Shown here: in pieces, positions 19,190-26,618 of the stretch
How positions within the stretch are numbered: the first letter of the stretch is position 1
Layout of the letters: the number at the start of each line of letters is the position of its first letter
Program-made: the position numbers and the translations under genes
Notes under the pieces: model-generated
Database searches by the model: none
Told to the model about the DNA's origin: nothing
The model's input: the letters and a program-made list of their open reading frames with translations, nothing else
Source: a virus
Lineage: Duplodnaviria > Caudoviricetes
Direction: 5' to 3' (one strand)
Length of the DNA stretch: 43,019 nt
Virus record (IMG/VR): IMGVR_UViG_3300025287_000138
Location: 1-43,019 of that record

Positions 19190-19839
19190 CAGTAAATCAC
19201 GACGTCGGGGTTGAAACCGCCGCCCCCGCCACCGCCTCCCGGAGGTGTAGTTGCGGGCGGCGTCGGCGTGGGTGTTGGCGTCGGCACGGGCGGAGGCGTC
19301 GGAGCAGGCGTGGGAGGTGTTGGCCGAACGATACCATCATCAGACGTGAATGTGGCGTAGCCGGTCGTATCGATGCCGATCGAGAAGGTGTTCGTGCCCG
19401 TGACCGTGACTGTGACCGTGCGGCCATTCAGTTCGGTCATTCCCTCGATACCGGACAGAAACACTTCGTCACCCGTCGCAAGGCCATGATAGGGCGCTGT
19501 CACTACTCCGGGGTTGGCCTTCGTAATCGCCGTGATGCCAAAGCCTTCGGATAGAACAGCGCCACCGAGCGCAATCGGCTTCATGGTCGCCTGCCCCATC
19601 GTCAAAACGTACGATTGCCCCGGGGAATAAGTGAATGGCAGTAGCCGGACATCATCATCGTCTTCAGGGAGCTTGTAGACGAACAGTGTGCCGGGCCGCT
19701 TGCGAACACCGCCGTGCTTGAGCAGGAAGACATTCGTGAGCCGCTTGGCGCCGGCAGTCCATGCGTCGACATCGCGCCTCGACTGAACGACTGGCGAGAA
19801 TATCCCGCGGGTGAAATTCCGCTTGCTCAGCGTCGCCAT
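19189..19839 (-). CDS. Tail tubular protein B N-terminal part plus E1 FCCH-like domain and Pro/Thr/Gly tail
   Basis: NFTRGIFSP...HGGVRKRPGT gp12-like N-terminus; ITAITKANPGVVT...HGL..GDEV...GMTELNG FCCH-like segment. Confidence 0.78.
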   Translation of the reverse strand: MATLSKRNFTRGIFSPVVQSRRDVDAWTAGAKRLTNVFLLKHGGVRKRPGTLFVYKLPEDDDDVRLLPFTYSPGQSYVLTMGQATMKPIALGGAVLSEGFGITAITKANPGVVTAPYHGLATGDEVFLSGIEGMTELNGRTVTVTVTGTNTFSIGIDTTGYATFTSDDGIVRPTPPTPAPTPPPVPTPTPTPTPPATTPPGGGGGGGGFNPDVVIY

Positions 19840-20501
19840 AGGATACCCCCACCGCGTGCGCGCTCAGCTTCGGAGACATGCTCCTTACGCTCCCGCGGCC
19901 GCCGATTGAGATCCGATGCCCGCGCTTCAGCGGCTGCGTATGCCGCGGCCTGCTGTTTCACACGCCACTCACCTGTGTCGGCTTTCTCGCCAAGGATCGG
20001 ACGATAGATGCGGGCGGCCAGCAAACGGATAACCGCCTGGGCAAACAGTGGGGGCCACTTGTTGGGTTCGAGGGCGTCGACCGAGTATTCGAGAATGGCT
20101 TCATCGAGATTGGTGAACAGCGTATTGTCCGCAATCTCGTAATCGATTGGCGCATAGCCGAGCAACCCAAGATCCACGCCGGGCCAATAGTAGATTGGCG
20201 TCACGACGAGACCGACCGAATTGGCGCTGTAATCGCGCACGAGTTTGATCGGGGACACGATGGCATCCGGCAAACGGTATGCGTAGCCCCATTCGCCTTC
20301 GCGGGCATTGGCCACCGAGGCCAGAGCTACGCGGCGCCGGGCGAAGTCGAAATCATGCTCATCAAGCAGATCCGCGACAACGCCATTGAGGTGCCGCGAG
20401 CATTCGCGTGCCTCTTTGCGCTGATCGTCGAGCCCGGTGATCGGGTGCGCAGGAAGGTCGGATATCGCCTCATTGCAAATCTGGATCAGGTTGCGGGCCA
20501 T
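19827..20501 (-). CDS. Tail tubular protein A / adaptor (T7 gp11-like)
   Basis: MARNLIQICNEAISDL start; WGYAYRLP and WPPLFAQA motifs; synteny. Confidence 0.82.
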   Translation of the reverse strand: MARNLIQICNEAISDLPAHPITGLDDQRKEARECSRHLNGVVADLLDEHDFDFARRRVALASVANAREGEWGYAYRLPDAIVSPIKLVRDYSANSVGLVVTPIYYWPGVDLGLLGYAPIDYEIADNTLFTNLDEAILEYSVDALEPNKWPPLFAQAVIRLLAARIYRPILGEKADTGEWRVKQQAAAYAAAEARASDLNRRPRERKEHVSEAERARGGGILWRR

Positions 20502-21106
20502 TAGACGATCTGCCTCCATTCGAACGCATTGCCGTTCATCACGCACACGAATTTGCGATAGGCCCCGAGAGCCAACGACACGGCCGAGCCAAGGCCCAAA
20601 CCGGCGACGTTCAGCGCGCCCAGCAATGAGCCAGTAAAGCGTAGATCGAACGATGCACCGGGGAATGCCGTGGCAGTTCCGAGCGTAAGTGTGCGCGTCA
20701 CACCGGCGCCGATTGAACCCGTGAGGATGAGCGCAGATGGCACGTTCAAAGGTTCGATCGTCTGCGAAGAAGCTGTGCGCATCCCGGCGTAATTTGGTCG
20801 CACCGGTTGCCAATACGCTACCGCGCCTGTCTGCGAGGCAAGAACGAGATCGACCTTATCGCCGAACAGGTCCGTCACACGCGCATACTTGCCCACGCGA
20901 AGGGTCGGATCGGGCAGCTGAGCAACAGTGTACGTTCCGATGATTTGCGGGACGCTGGAAAGAGCTTCCCCTTGCGCATTCACGGTGCTGCGCACCTGGC
21001 TTACTGCACCTTCGATGTCGGAAATCCGCCCACGATCGAACGGAAACGAGCTAGGCCGTTTCGGCTGACGTTCTGCACCGCGCGTGTTGAGAGGATTAGC
21101 AGCCAT
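20501..21106 (-). CDS. Putative head fibre / decoration protein
   Basis: Coiled segment, YTVAQLP motif, beta-rich C-terminus; first gene after late promoter 2. Confidence 0.5.
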   Translation of the reverse strand: MAANPLNTRGAERQPKRPSSFPFDRGRISDIEGAVSQVRSTVNAQGEALSSVPQIIGTYTVAQLPDPTLRVGKYARVTDLFGDKVDLVLASQTGAVAYWQPVRPNYAGMRTASSQTIEPLNVPSALILTGSIGAGVTRTLTLGTATAFPGASFDLRFTGSLLGALNVAGLGLGSAVSLALGAYRKFVCVMNGNAFEWRQIV

Positions 21107-21112
21107 GCGCCG

Positions 21113-21143
21113 ACGCTATGTCGCGCCCTTGCGTATCTCAAAA
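21113..21143 (-). promoter_or_regulatory. Putative late promoter 2 (TTTTGAGATACG-N11-CATAGCGTC; -35 TTGAGA, 17 bp, -10 TAGCGT)
   Basis: Matches the site at 26168-26198 at both boxes. Confidence 0.75.
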
Positions 21144-21145
21144 TG

Positions 21146-21178
21146 AAGGGCCGAGAAGCGCAATGCCTCCCGACCCCT
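21146..21178 (-). terminator. Probable intrinsic terminator of the capsid operon
   Basis: AGGGGUCGGGAGGC-AUUGC-GCUUCUCGGCCCUU pairs fully (with G-U) only on the minus strand and is followed by CAUUUU. Confidence 0.7.
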
Positions 21179-21198
21179 CACCCCCTGAGGATGCGTGA

Positions 21199-21663
21199 TT
21201 ACTGCGACAGCGCAGCGCGGCGGGCTGCAATAGCCGCCTTCACGCCCTTGCGACCCTTGCCGCTGATTTCGGCCTGCTCGATCACACCGAGGTGATCGTC
21301 GACCGTTCCATTGGCAATGGCTTCTTCGATGTCGTCGGCACCGCCTTTCAGGAAGTCGTTCACGTTCAGCCGGTCAAGCTGAGCGGTTGCGACCTCTGCA
21401 GTCGTGGTGGGCTGCTCGGCACGAGGCATGTCGGAATCGATCGGGCGGAAGCGCGTGCGCGTCTTTACCGTTTCGACTGCCGTGCGAACCAGCTTGCCAT
21501 TGTCCATGACCGGCTGCTTGAGCGTGACCTCGACATCCTTTTCGATGAAGTCTTCGTCGGAAACAAAGTCTTCATCGACCATCACCACCTGGCCGGGAGC
21601 GAAAAGCTGCCCGTCGAAGTAGTTTTCGGGACCGCGGACGATTGCCTGAATTTTCTTACCCAT
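21199..21663 (-). CDS. Hypothetical head-module protein
   Basis: 154 aa with AAGGAGG SD; last gene before the terminator. Confidence 0.75.
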   Translation of the reverse strand: MGKKIQAIVRGPENYFDGQLFAPGQVVMVDEDFVSDEDFIEKDVEVTLKQPVMDNGKLVRTAVETVKTRTRFRPIDSDMPRAEQPTTTAEVATAQLDRLNVNDFLKGGADDIEEAIANGTVDDHLGVIEQAEISGKGRKGVKAAIAARRAALSQ

Positions 21664-21676
21664 GGTTCAACCCTCC

Positions 21677-22105
21677 TTATTCGGCGTAGCCGGTTTCGAA
21701 TGCCGGATAGGTGCTGTCGTCGGTATCGCGAACGATGCCGCCGAAGACGGTGCCAGCGGTGTGGGTGCCGGCCGACACGAACTGAAGGCCAAGATAGCGC
21801 TTGCTCGTGCGGGGAACGGCGGTGCGAAGCAGCACGCGGCCTGCGGTAAGGTTCGCCTCAACCACCGCGCCAGACGTCGCAAGGACGGTCGGGCTCGACA
21901 GATCGGCAGAAGCGCTTTCCACGAGGTTCACGGTGAGGCTCGTGCCGCTTGCAAAGGCGGTCGTCACGCTCACGAAAATCTGCAGTTCGCGGTTGGTGTT
22001 GATGTTGATGCCAGCAACGCCGGTATCAACTTTGTCGGTGGAGACCTGAGTGCCCGTAGTGACCGCCTGGTCATTCGAGAACGTCAGTTCGCGATCGGTA
22101 ATCAT
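21677..22105 (-). CDS. Capsid cement protein (Bbp16-like)
   Basis: MITDRELTFSNDQAVT...RYLGL beta-rich protein right after the MCP. Confidence 0.8.
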   Translation of the reverse strand: MITDRELTFSNDQAVTTGTQVSTDKVDTGVAGININTNRELQIFVSVTTAFASGTSLTVNLVESASADLSSPTVLATSGAVVEANLTAGRVLLRTAVPRTSKRYLGLQFVSAGTHTAGTVFGGIVRDTDDSTYPAFETGYAE

Positions 22106-22129
22106 TGATCCATTCCTTTCCTGTCTCGA

Positions 22130-23182
22130 TTAGACCACGCGGGCTTCGTCTGCCTTGAGGGCATCGACGCGGCGAACGGGGACTTCACCCATCACGAGGA
22201 CGCGCTTGCCGCCGATCGTTTCGTAGGAGAAGTTGCTGTTGTTCGAATTGTTGACCATCTGCTGACGGAAATTCGAACGGATGGTGCGCGGCATGTACCA
22301 TGCGGCACGTGCCGAACCGGTGCCGTCGTAGCTGACACCCGAAAGACCTTCGACACGCTCGAGCGCTTCGACCATCAGCATTTCAAGCTGAGCGCCGGTC
22401 GAATAGTCAGGCGTGAGAAGCGACTTGTCGATGTTCGCGATACGCACCACGCGGCGCGGATCCTTGACCGACAGACCACACTTCCAGATGAAGTTGTCCG
22501 ACACCGCGAGGAAGCGCTTGCCGTCCGCATCGGTGACGTAGTGGCCGATCTCGTAACCATCGTCGCCGACGCCGGTGTTGCCGGTGACATTGAGATGCGA
22601 GATGCCGGCTTTCGAGCCCTTCGGGTAGATACCCTTGGCGCCCATCTGGTCCCAGACAATGAGCCAGATCGAAGCATTGTCGGTTCCGGTACCGCCAGCG
22701 TCGATGATCTGGTCGGCGGTGGAGCCCGACAGGCTGTTGAAGCGCGGAGCAAAGCCCGTGTATTCCTGAGGCGACGTTGCTGCGTTGCCGTAGAACAGGG
22801 TCTGCGCCTGTGCCTGGTTGAGCGCTTCGTAGAACGCGGTCGCTTCGGTGAGGCGATAGTTGTCGGGATTGCCGCTCATCATCGCCGCCTGGCGATCAAT
22901 GTCGGACTGACCTTCGAACATGGCCGCGCCTTCGTCGACCTGAGCCACGCGGCTCTTACTCGGATCTACGCCCTGGTTGATGCCACGCGCGGTGACGGTC
23001 GGCAGGCCGACGCGTACAGTCGTGCGCTCACCGGTGGGAAGATTGCCTTCCGCCCAGAGCATATCATCGAGAACTTCATTGGACTGCGACAGCCATTCGC
23101 CGATAATCGCGGTCTTGCCATCGGGATCGAGGCGAGCCGTAATGTCGGCGAGGGTGTGCAGTTCGGTGCCAAGAACAGCCAT
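22130..23182 (-). CDS. Major capsid protein (Bbp17-like)
   Basis: TLADITARLDPDG, EGNLPTG.RTTVR.GLP, IIDAGGTGTDNASIWL, VVRIANID motifs. Confidence 0.9.
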   Translation of the reverse strand: MAVLGTELHTLADITARLDPDGKTAIIGEWLSQSNEVLDDMLWAEGNLPTGERTTVRVGLPTVTARGINQGVDPSKSRVAQVDEGAAMFEGQSDIDRQAAMMSGNPDNYRLTEATAFYEALNQAQAQTLFYGNAATSPQEYTGFAPRFNSLSGSTADQIIDAGGTGTDNASIWLIVWDQMGAKGIYPKGSKAGISHLNVTGNTGVGDDGYEIGHYVTDADGKRFLAVSDNFIWKCGLSVKDPRRVVRIANIDKSLLTPDYSTGAQLEMLMVEALERVEGLSGVSYDGTGSARAAWYMPRTIRSNFRQQMVNNSNNSNFSYETIGGKRVLVMGEVPVRRVDALKADEARVV

Positions 23183-23186
23183 TTAC

Positions 23187-23867
23187 TTACCCTTTCCTTC
23201 CGTAGAACACTTCGGCCGCAGACTTATCGCCCCCACCGGCACCCGCCGGAGGAGTAGTCGCCTCGGACATCGCGCGACCGGCGACGTTGAGGACGCGAGT
23301 GAGCAGGGGATGATTCCCGAGCCCGCTTTCGTTGAGGAATGTCGAGAATTCGGAGCGCAGCGCCGCATCGGGGATAGCCGCAGCAATCGCCTTCGCGCTG
23401 TACGCTTGAGCCTCTTTCAGCTTCGCGCCGCCGACTTCGGGATCGGCCTGAAGGTCGCGAGCGAGATTGGCGCTCAGTTCCTTAGCCGCATCGTCCATCT
23501 TCTGACCGGCACGCGCTTCTATCATCGGCACGATCTTTTCGGCATAGGCGCCCATCAGCTTGCCAGCCTGATCGTTATCGAGGTTCAGCTCGCGCAGGAC
23601 GGGCTCGACAGCGTCGAAGCCTTCAGTGTCGAACTCAACACCATCGGGCAGTGCCCAGGCTGCGGTGTCATATGTGTCGGGTGCGCCAGTGACTTCGGTG
23701 GTTGTGTCATCACCGCTCGTGTCAGCGTCGTCGTTCGTTACCGCACCCGTATCCGTGTCGGAGGTGTCGGTCGTGGTATCTGCCGTGGCCGCATCGCCAA
23801 GCGCTGTAGTCGCGCCAGCATCAGCGGTCTCGGTGGACGTGTCATTCTGGGTAGTCTCGGTCGTCAT
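23187..23867 (-). CDS. Capsid scaffolding / assembly protein
   Basis: Acidic Thr-rich N-terminus, APDTYD, GLGNHP, C-terminal AEVFYG; precedes the MCP. Confidence 0.75.
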   Translation of the reverse strand: MTTETTQNDTSTETADAGATTALGDAATADTTTDTSDTDTGAVTNDDADTSGDDTTTEVTGAPDTYDTAAWALPDGVEFDTEGFDAVEPVLRELNLDNDQAGKLMGAYAEKIVPMIEARAGQKMDDAAKELSANLARDLQADPEVGGAKLKEAQAYSAKAIAAAIPDAALRSEFSTFLNESGLGNHPLLTRVLNVAGRAMSEATTPPAGAGGGDKSAAEVFYGRKG

Positions 23868-24135
23868 GGTTCGCTCCTTCAGGGGTGAGTTCTCTCTTGG
23901 CTTCGATGGCCGCAGCTATTGCGTCGATCGGGTCCACGGGCGTTGCCGAGAACCAGCCAAGGATTTCGAGCCCCAAGGAGCGCTTGCCTTCATGGAAAAG
24001 GCGTTGCTGCTCTTCGCGAGTTATCTTGGTGATACCGGCCGCACTATAAATCTCAAAAAGCAGGCGGCGGAAGCCTTCGTCCCGCATCAACCGCTCGCGG
24101 TCTTCAGCGAGAAGCCTGTCGTATGCCCGGCTCAA
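23842..24135 (-). CDS. Small head-module protein (Bbp19-like)
   Basis: FRRLLF...FHEGKRSLGL motif; between portal and scaffold. Confidence 0.7.
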   Translation of the reverse strand: MSRAYDRLLAEDRERLMRDEGFRRLLFEIYSAAGITKITREEQQRLFHEGKRSLGLEILGWFSATPVDPIDAIAAAIEAKRELTPEGANHDDRDYPE

Positions 24136-25826
24136 AACCGTGCCCCGTCATTTGACATCTCGGCGATGTTCTGGGCCGCAGTGGTGGCGTCCTTGGCAGG
24201 AGACGCGAGCGCCGCCATCTCCGCCATCTGTTCCTGCTGCTGGCGCGACTTGCGCATTTGCTCGACCATCGCGCTGTCACGAATTGCCGAGGCAGGAAGG
24301 TTGGCGCGTTCGGCGTAATCGTCGATAATCGCGTCGGGGTCGATCTTGTCGAGAACCTGTGGGCCGAAGACCTGACCGAGCGAACCGACAAAGCCGACCA
24401 CGCGTTCGGTCGAGGACAGGCCGAGCATTTTCTGCGCCATCGACAGGATGGAGACGAACTCAACCTTGAGCTCGCGGCCCTGCAGTTCTTCAGGCGCTTC
24501 CGGAATCAATCCACCACGTTCAGCAATGCCGATCATGCGCTCGACTGCGATAGGAAGCATGTCGTCGTTCACCATCTCGACCACGGGGCCAATCTGGCTG
24601 AGCTTTTCCTCATCGCGCTTGAGGATTTCCTCGATATTGCGCGGCTGCACGCCCGGCATGTTCGTGATCGCCATGAACAGATCGGCATAGGTCAGCCGGT
24701 CGATCTGCTCCTTGATCTCGCGAATGTCCTCCCGCACCGCCGACAGCGCTTGCGGATTGACCTCGTAGATCGGCTTCGCAGCCTGAACGGCACTCAGGTC
24801 GGCAACGTGCGTATGGGCACCGGGCCGCATGTCCAGATCGCGAGCGACACCGGCAGTCGGCGGCTTGGCAAGGAGGTCGGTCAGTTCGCGCTTGCGCTTC
24901 GCCTGCATGGCCAGTTCGCGCATGTCGCCAAGTGCGTCGTGGCCTACGCCTCGACCATAACCGGATCCGTCACGCGTATTCCAGCGTGGTCCCCAGAAGG
25001 GCCGTTCGCCGTACCACTTGGCTTCGAGTACCGCGTTCTTGCGGTCGTCCTTTTCGTCCCAGATGGTTGCGTCGAAGCGTAGGCCACTGCCGGGCTCGAT
25101 CAGTTGCTTGCAGTGAACTACGGTATCGTAATTCGAAGCGTACCACTGGTTTTTTACATACGTGCTGACGGCAGACCAGTTCATGCGCCCACCGGGACCG
25201 GCGACGAATTTCTCGACGATCTGGTCGACCGTCATCGGGCAGTCGCGCAGCAGTGTGTCGACGCCAAATGCGCTGTTGAAGCCGAGCCAGAATGTGCCGA
25301 TCGGTTGTGCAAGACATGGCGCGACTTCGATCGGGTGTTCGGTCATTAATCCGCAGGCCGGGCCAAAGCGGGCCATCTCACCGTAGTTCTGGCGTGCGAC
25401 CTGGTAGAAATTGGACGCGTCGAACATGCGGTAGATGATCGACTGAAACTGGTCTTTCCACTCGCGCGCGGCGGCGTATTCGTTGAGTTCCGGATCGGCG
25501 AAGCTGAAATCGAACCACGGGCGGTTCGGACTCGAAAGGCCCGAATACATCCCACCCTCGATCGTGCGGAATGAGAGGATGGGATAGCTATCGATCAACT
25601 GGCGCATCTTCGGGCGCCGACCGCCGCTGCCGCTCTTGACGCGCAAGCCCGGTATCTCACCGTAACCCGAGAAGTCGGCGATCGAATGCCAATCGTCTTC
25701 GTCGCCTGAGCGTTGCGCCTTCAACGACTTGGCGCGTTTCTCCACATGGTCGCGGCGGCCGCGCTCGGAAGACGGCGCACTGTCGGGTTTCTTGCGCAGC
25801 GAAAGCGTGCCTTCAGCCATTGGCAT
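24132..25826 (-). CDS. Portal (head-tail connector)
   Basis: SGLSSPNRPWF, YGRG, EEKLSQIGPV, LKVEFVSILSMAQK motifs; AAGGAG SD before ATG 25826. Confidence 0.9.
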   Translation of the reverse strand: MPMAEGTLSLRKKPDSAPSSERGRRDHVEKRAKSLKAQRSGDEDDWHSIADFSGYGEIPGLRVKSGSGGRRPKMRQLIDSYPILSFRTIEGGMYSGLSSPNRPWFDFSFADPELNEYAAAREWKDQFQSIIYRMFDASNFYQVARQNYGEMARFGPACGLMTEHPIEVAPCLAQPIGTFWLGFNSAFGVDTLLRDCPMTVDQIVEKFVAGPGGRMNWSAVSTYVKNQWYASNYDTVVHCKQLIEPGSGLRFDATIWDEKDDRKNAVLEAKWYGERPFWGPRWNTRDGSGYGRGVGHDALGDMRELAMQAKRKRELTDLLAKPPTAGVARDLDMRPGAHTHVADLSAVQAAKPIYEVNPQALSAVREDIREIKEQIDRLTYADLFMAITNMPGVQPRNIEEILKRDEEKLSQIGPVVEMVNDDMLPIAVERMIGIAERGGLIPEAPEELQGRELKVEFVSILSMAQKMLGLSSTERVVGFVGSLGQVFGPQVLDKIDPDAIIDDYAERANLPASAIRDSAMVEQMRKSRQQQEQMAEMAALASPAKDATTAAQNIAEMSNDGARF

Positions 25827-25962
25827 CGTGCTCCTTGCCGCAGGCTGCACAGACTATTTTGCCATCGCCCTTGTCCGGCGACTGCTGCTGTTGTCCGCAA
25901 CCGCAGACGAGCGCGATCCAGTCCTGGCCACGCTGCTTGAAGAGGGTGACGGGATTAGCCAC
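25813..25962 (-). CDS. 49-aa zinc-ribbon microprotein (MANPVTLFKQRGQDWIALVCGCGQQQQSPDKGDGKIVCAACGKEHDANG)
   Basis: CxC...CxxC; overlaps both neighbours; GTG start. Confidence 0.55.
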   Translation of the reverse strand: MANPVTLFKQRGQDWIALVCGCGQQQQSPDKGDGKIVCAACGKEHDANG

Positions 25963-26143
25963 CGAGCGTCGAGGTCGTCAGCGGAGTGTTGGCGCTTGGA
26001 GAAGCGCGGGACACGAGCGCGGCATAGCCACGGCGACGACGCATGGGATCGTCGATGCCGGCCGATTTGGTTTCGGGAGCCTTCATCGCCTGGCGCTGAG
26101 CCGGGGGCGGGGGAGGTTCGGGAACGTCGGGAGCCATGCACAT
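25955..26143 (-). CDS. Small virion/tail assembly protein (T7 gp7.3 position)
   Basis: MC start, Pro-rich, ends TLGG; before the portal. Confidence 0.7.
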   Translation of the reverse strand: MCMAPDVPEPPPPPAQRQAMKAPETKSAGIDDPMRRRRGYAALVSRASPSANTPLTTSTLGG

Positions 26144-26167
26144 CGCGGAATTTCCTTTCCGCGAGTG

Positions 26168-26198
26168 ACGCTATGGCGGCGCTAATCGTATCTCAAAA
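26168..26198 (-). promoter_or_regulatory. Putative late promoter 1 (TTTTGAGATACG-N11-CATAGCGTC)
   Basis: Upstream of the head operon; same motif and spacing as the other two sites. Confidence 0.75.
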
Positions 26199-26203
26199 TT
26201 GGG

Positions 26204-26377
26204 TCAGAGGTCCGCGTAGGGGTCGTGGCGAGCACAGTTAGGCGGTTCAGGATCGGTCGCGCTCTGCTGCACCTTTCCGCACTCGCGACACTGGCGCGTG
26301 TAAACGCCGTGCTGCTGAGACCATGGGCCCCACGGGTGCAGCCCGATTGCGCACCCTTCGGCGAGTTGGTTAGCCAT
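26204..26377 (-). CDS. 57-aa Cys/His microprotein (MANQLAEGCAIGLHPWGPW...CRECGK...HDPYADL)
   Basis: Starts immediately after the previous stop; C-x4-H...CxxC zinc-finger pattern. Confidence 0.6.
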   Translation of the reverse strand: MANQLAEGCAIGLHPWGPWSQQHGVYTRQCRECGKVQQSATDPEPPNCARHDPYADL

Positions 26378-26617
26378 TCAGTTTACCGTGTCGGGCTCGG
26401 ACTTGCGCAGCAGCACACCCAAGGCCTCGCGATAACCATGCACCACGCCTTCGAAGAACGCGCGCTCGACTGCAGTCGGTAGTAGCCCCGGCTTCACCAT
26501 CCGGAATGTTACATCGGGCACGCCATCCTTCATTCGCGCTTCGACTTCGATTGGCTTGCCGAACTTGGCGACGAAAGTGTTCTCGGCAGTGGAGATGAGA
26601 GTTTCAACAATGTTCAT
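26378..26617 (-). CDS. Hypothetical protein
   Basis: 79-aa ORF directly after terL. Confidence 0.65.
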   Translation of the reverse strand: MNIVETLISTAENTFVAKFGKPIEVEARMKDGVPDVTFRMVKPGLLPTAVERAFFEGVVHGYREALGVLLRKSEPDTVN

Positions 26618-26618
26618 T

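Noticed and set aside
19210-19330. Tandem repeat or CRISPR-like array
   Set aside because: Low-complexity Pro/Thr/Gly coding sequence with no repeat-spacer structure; no CRISPR array seen in the window
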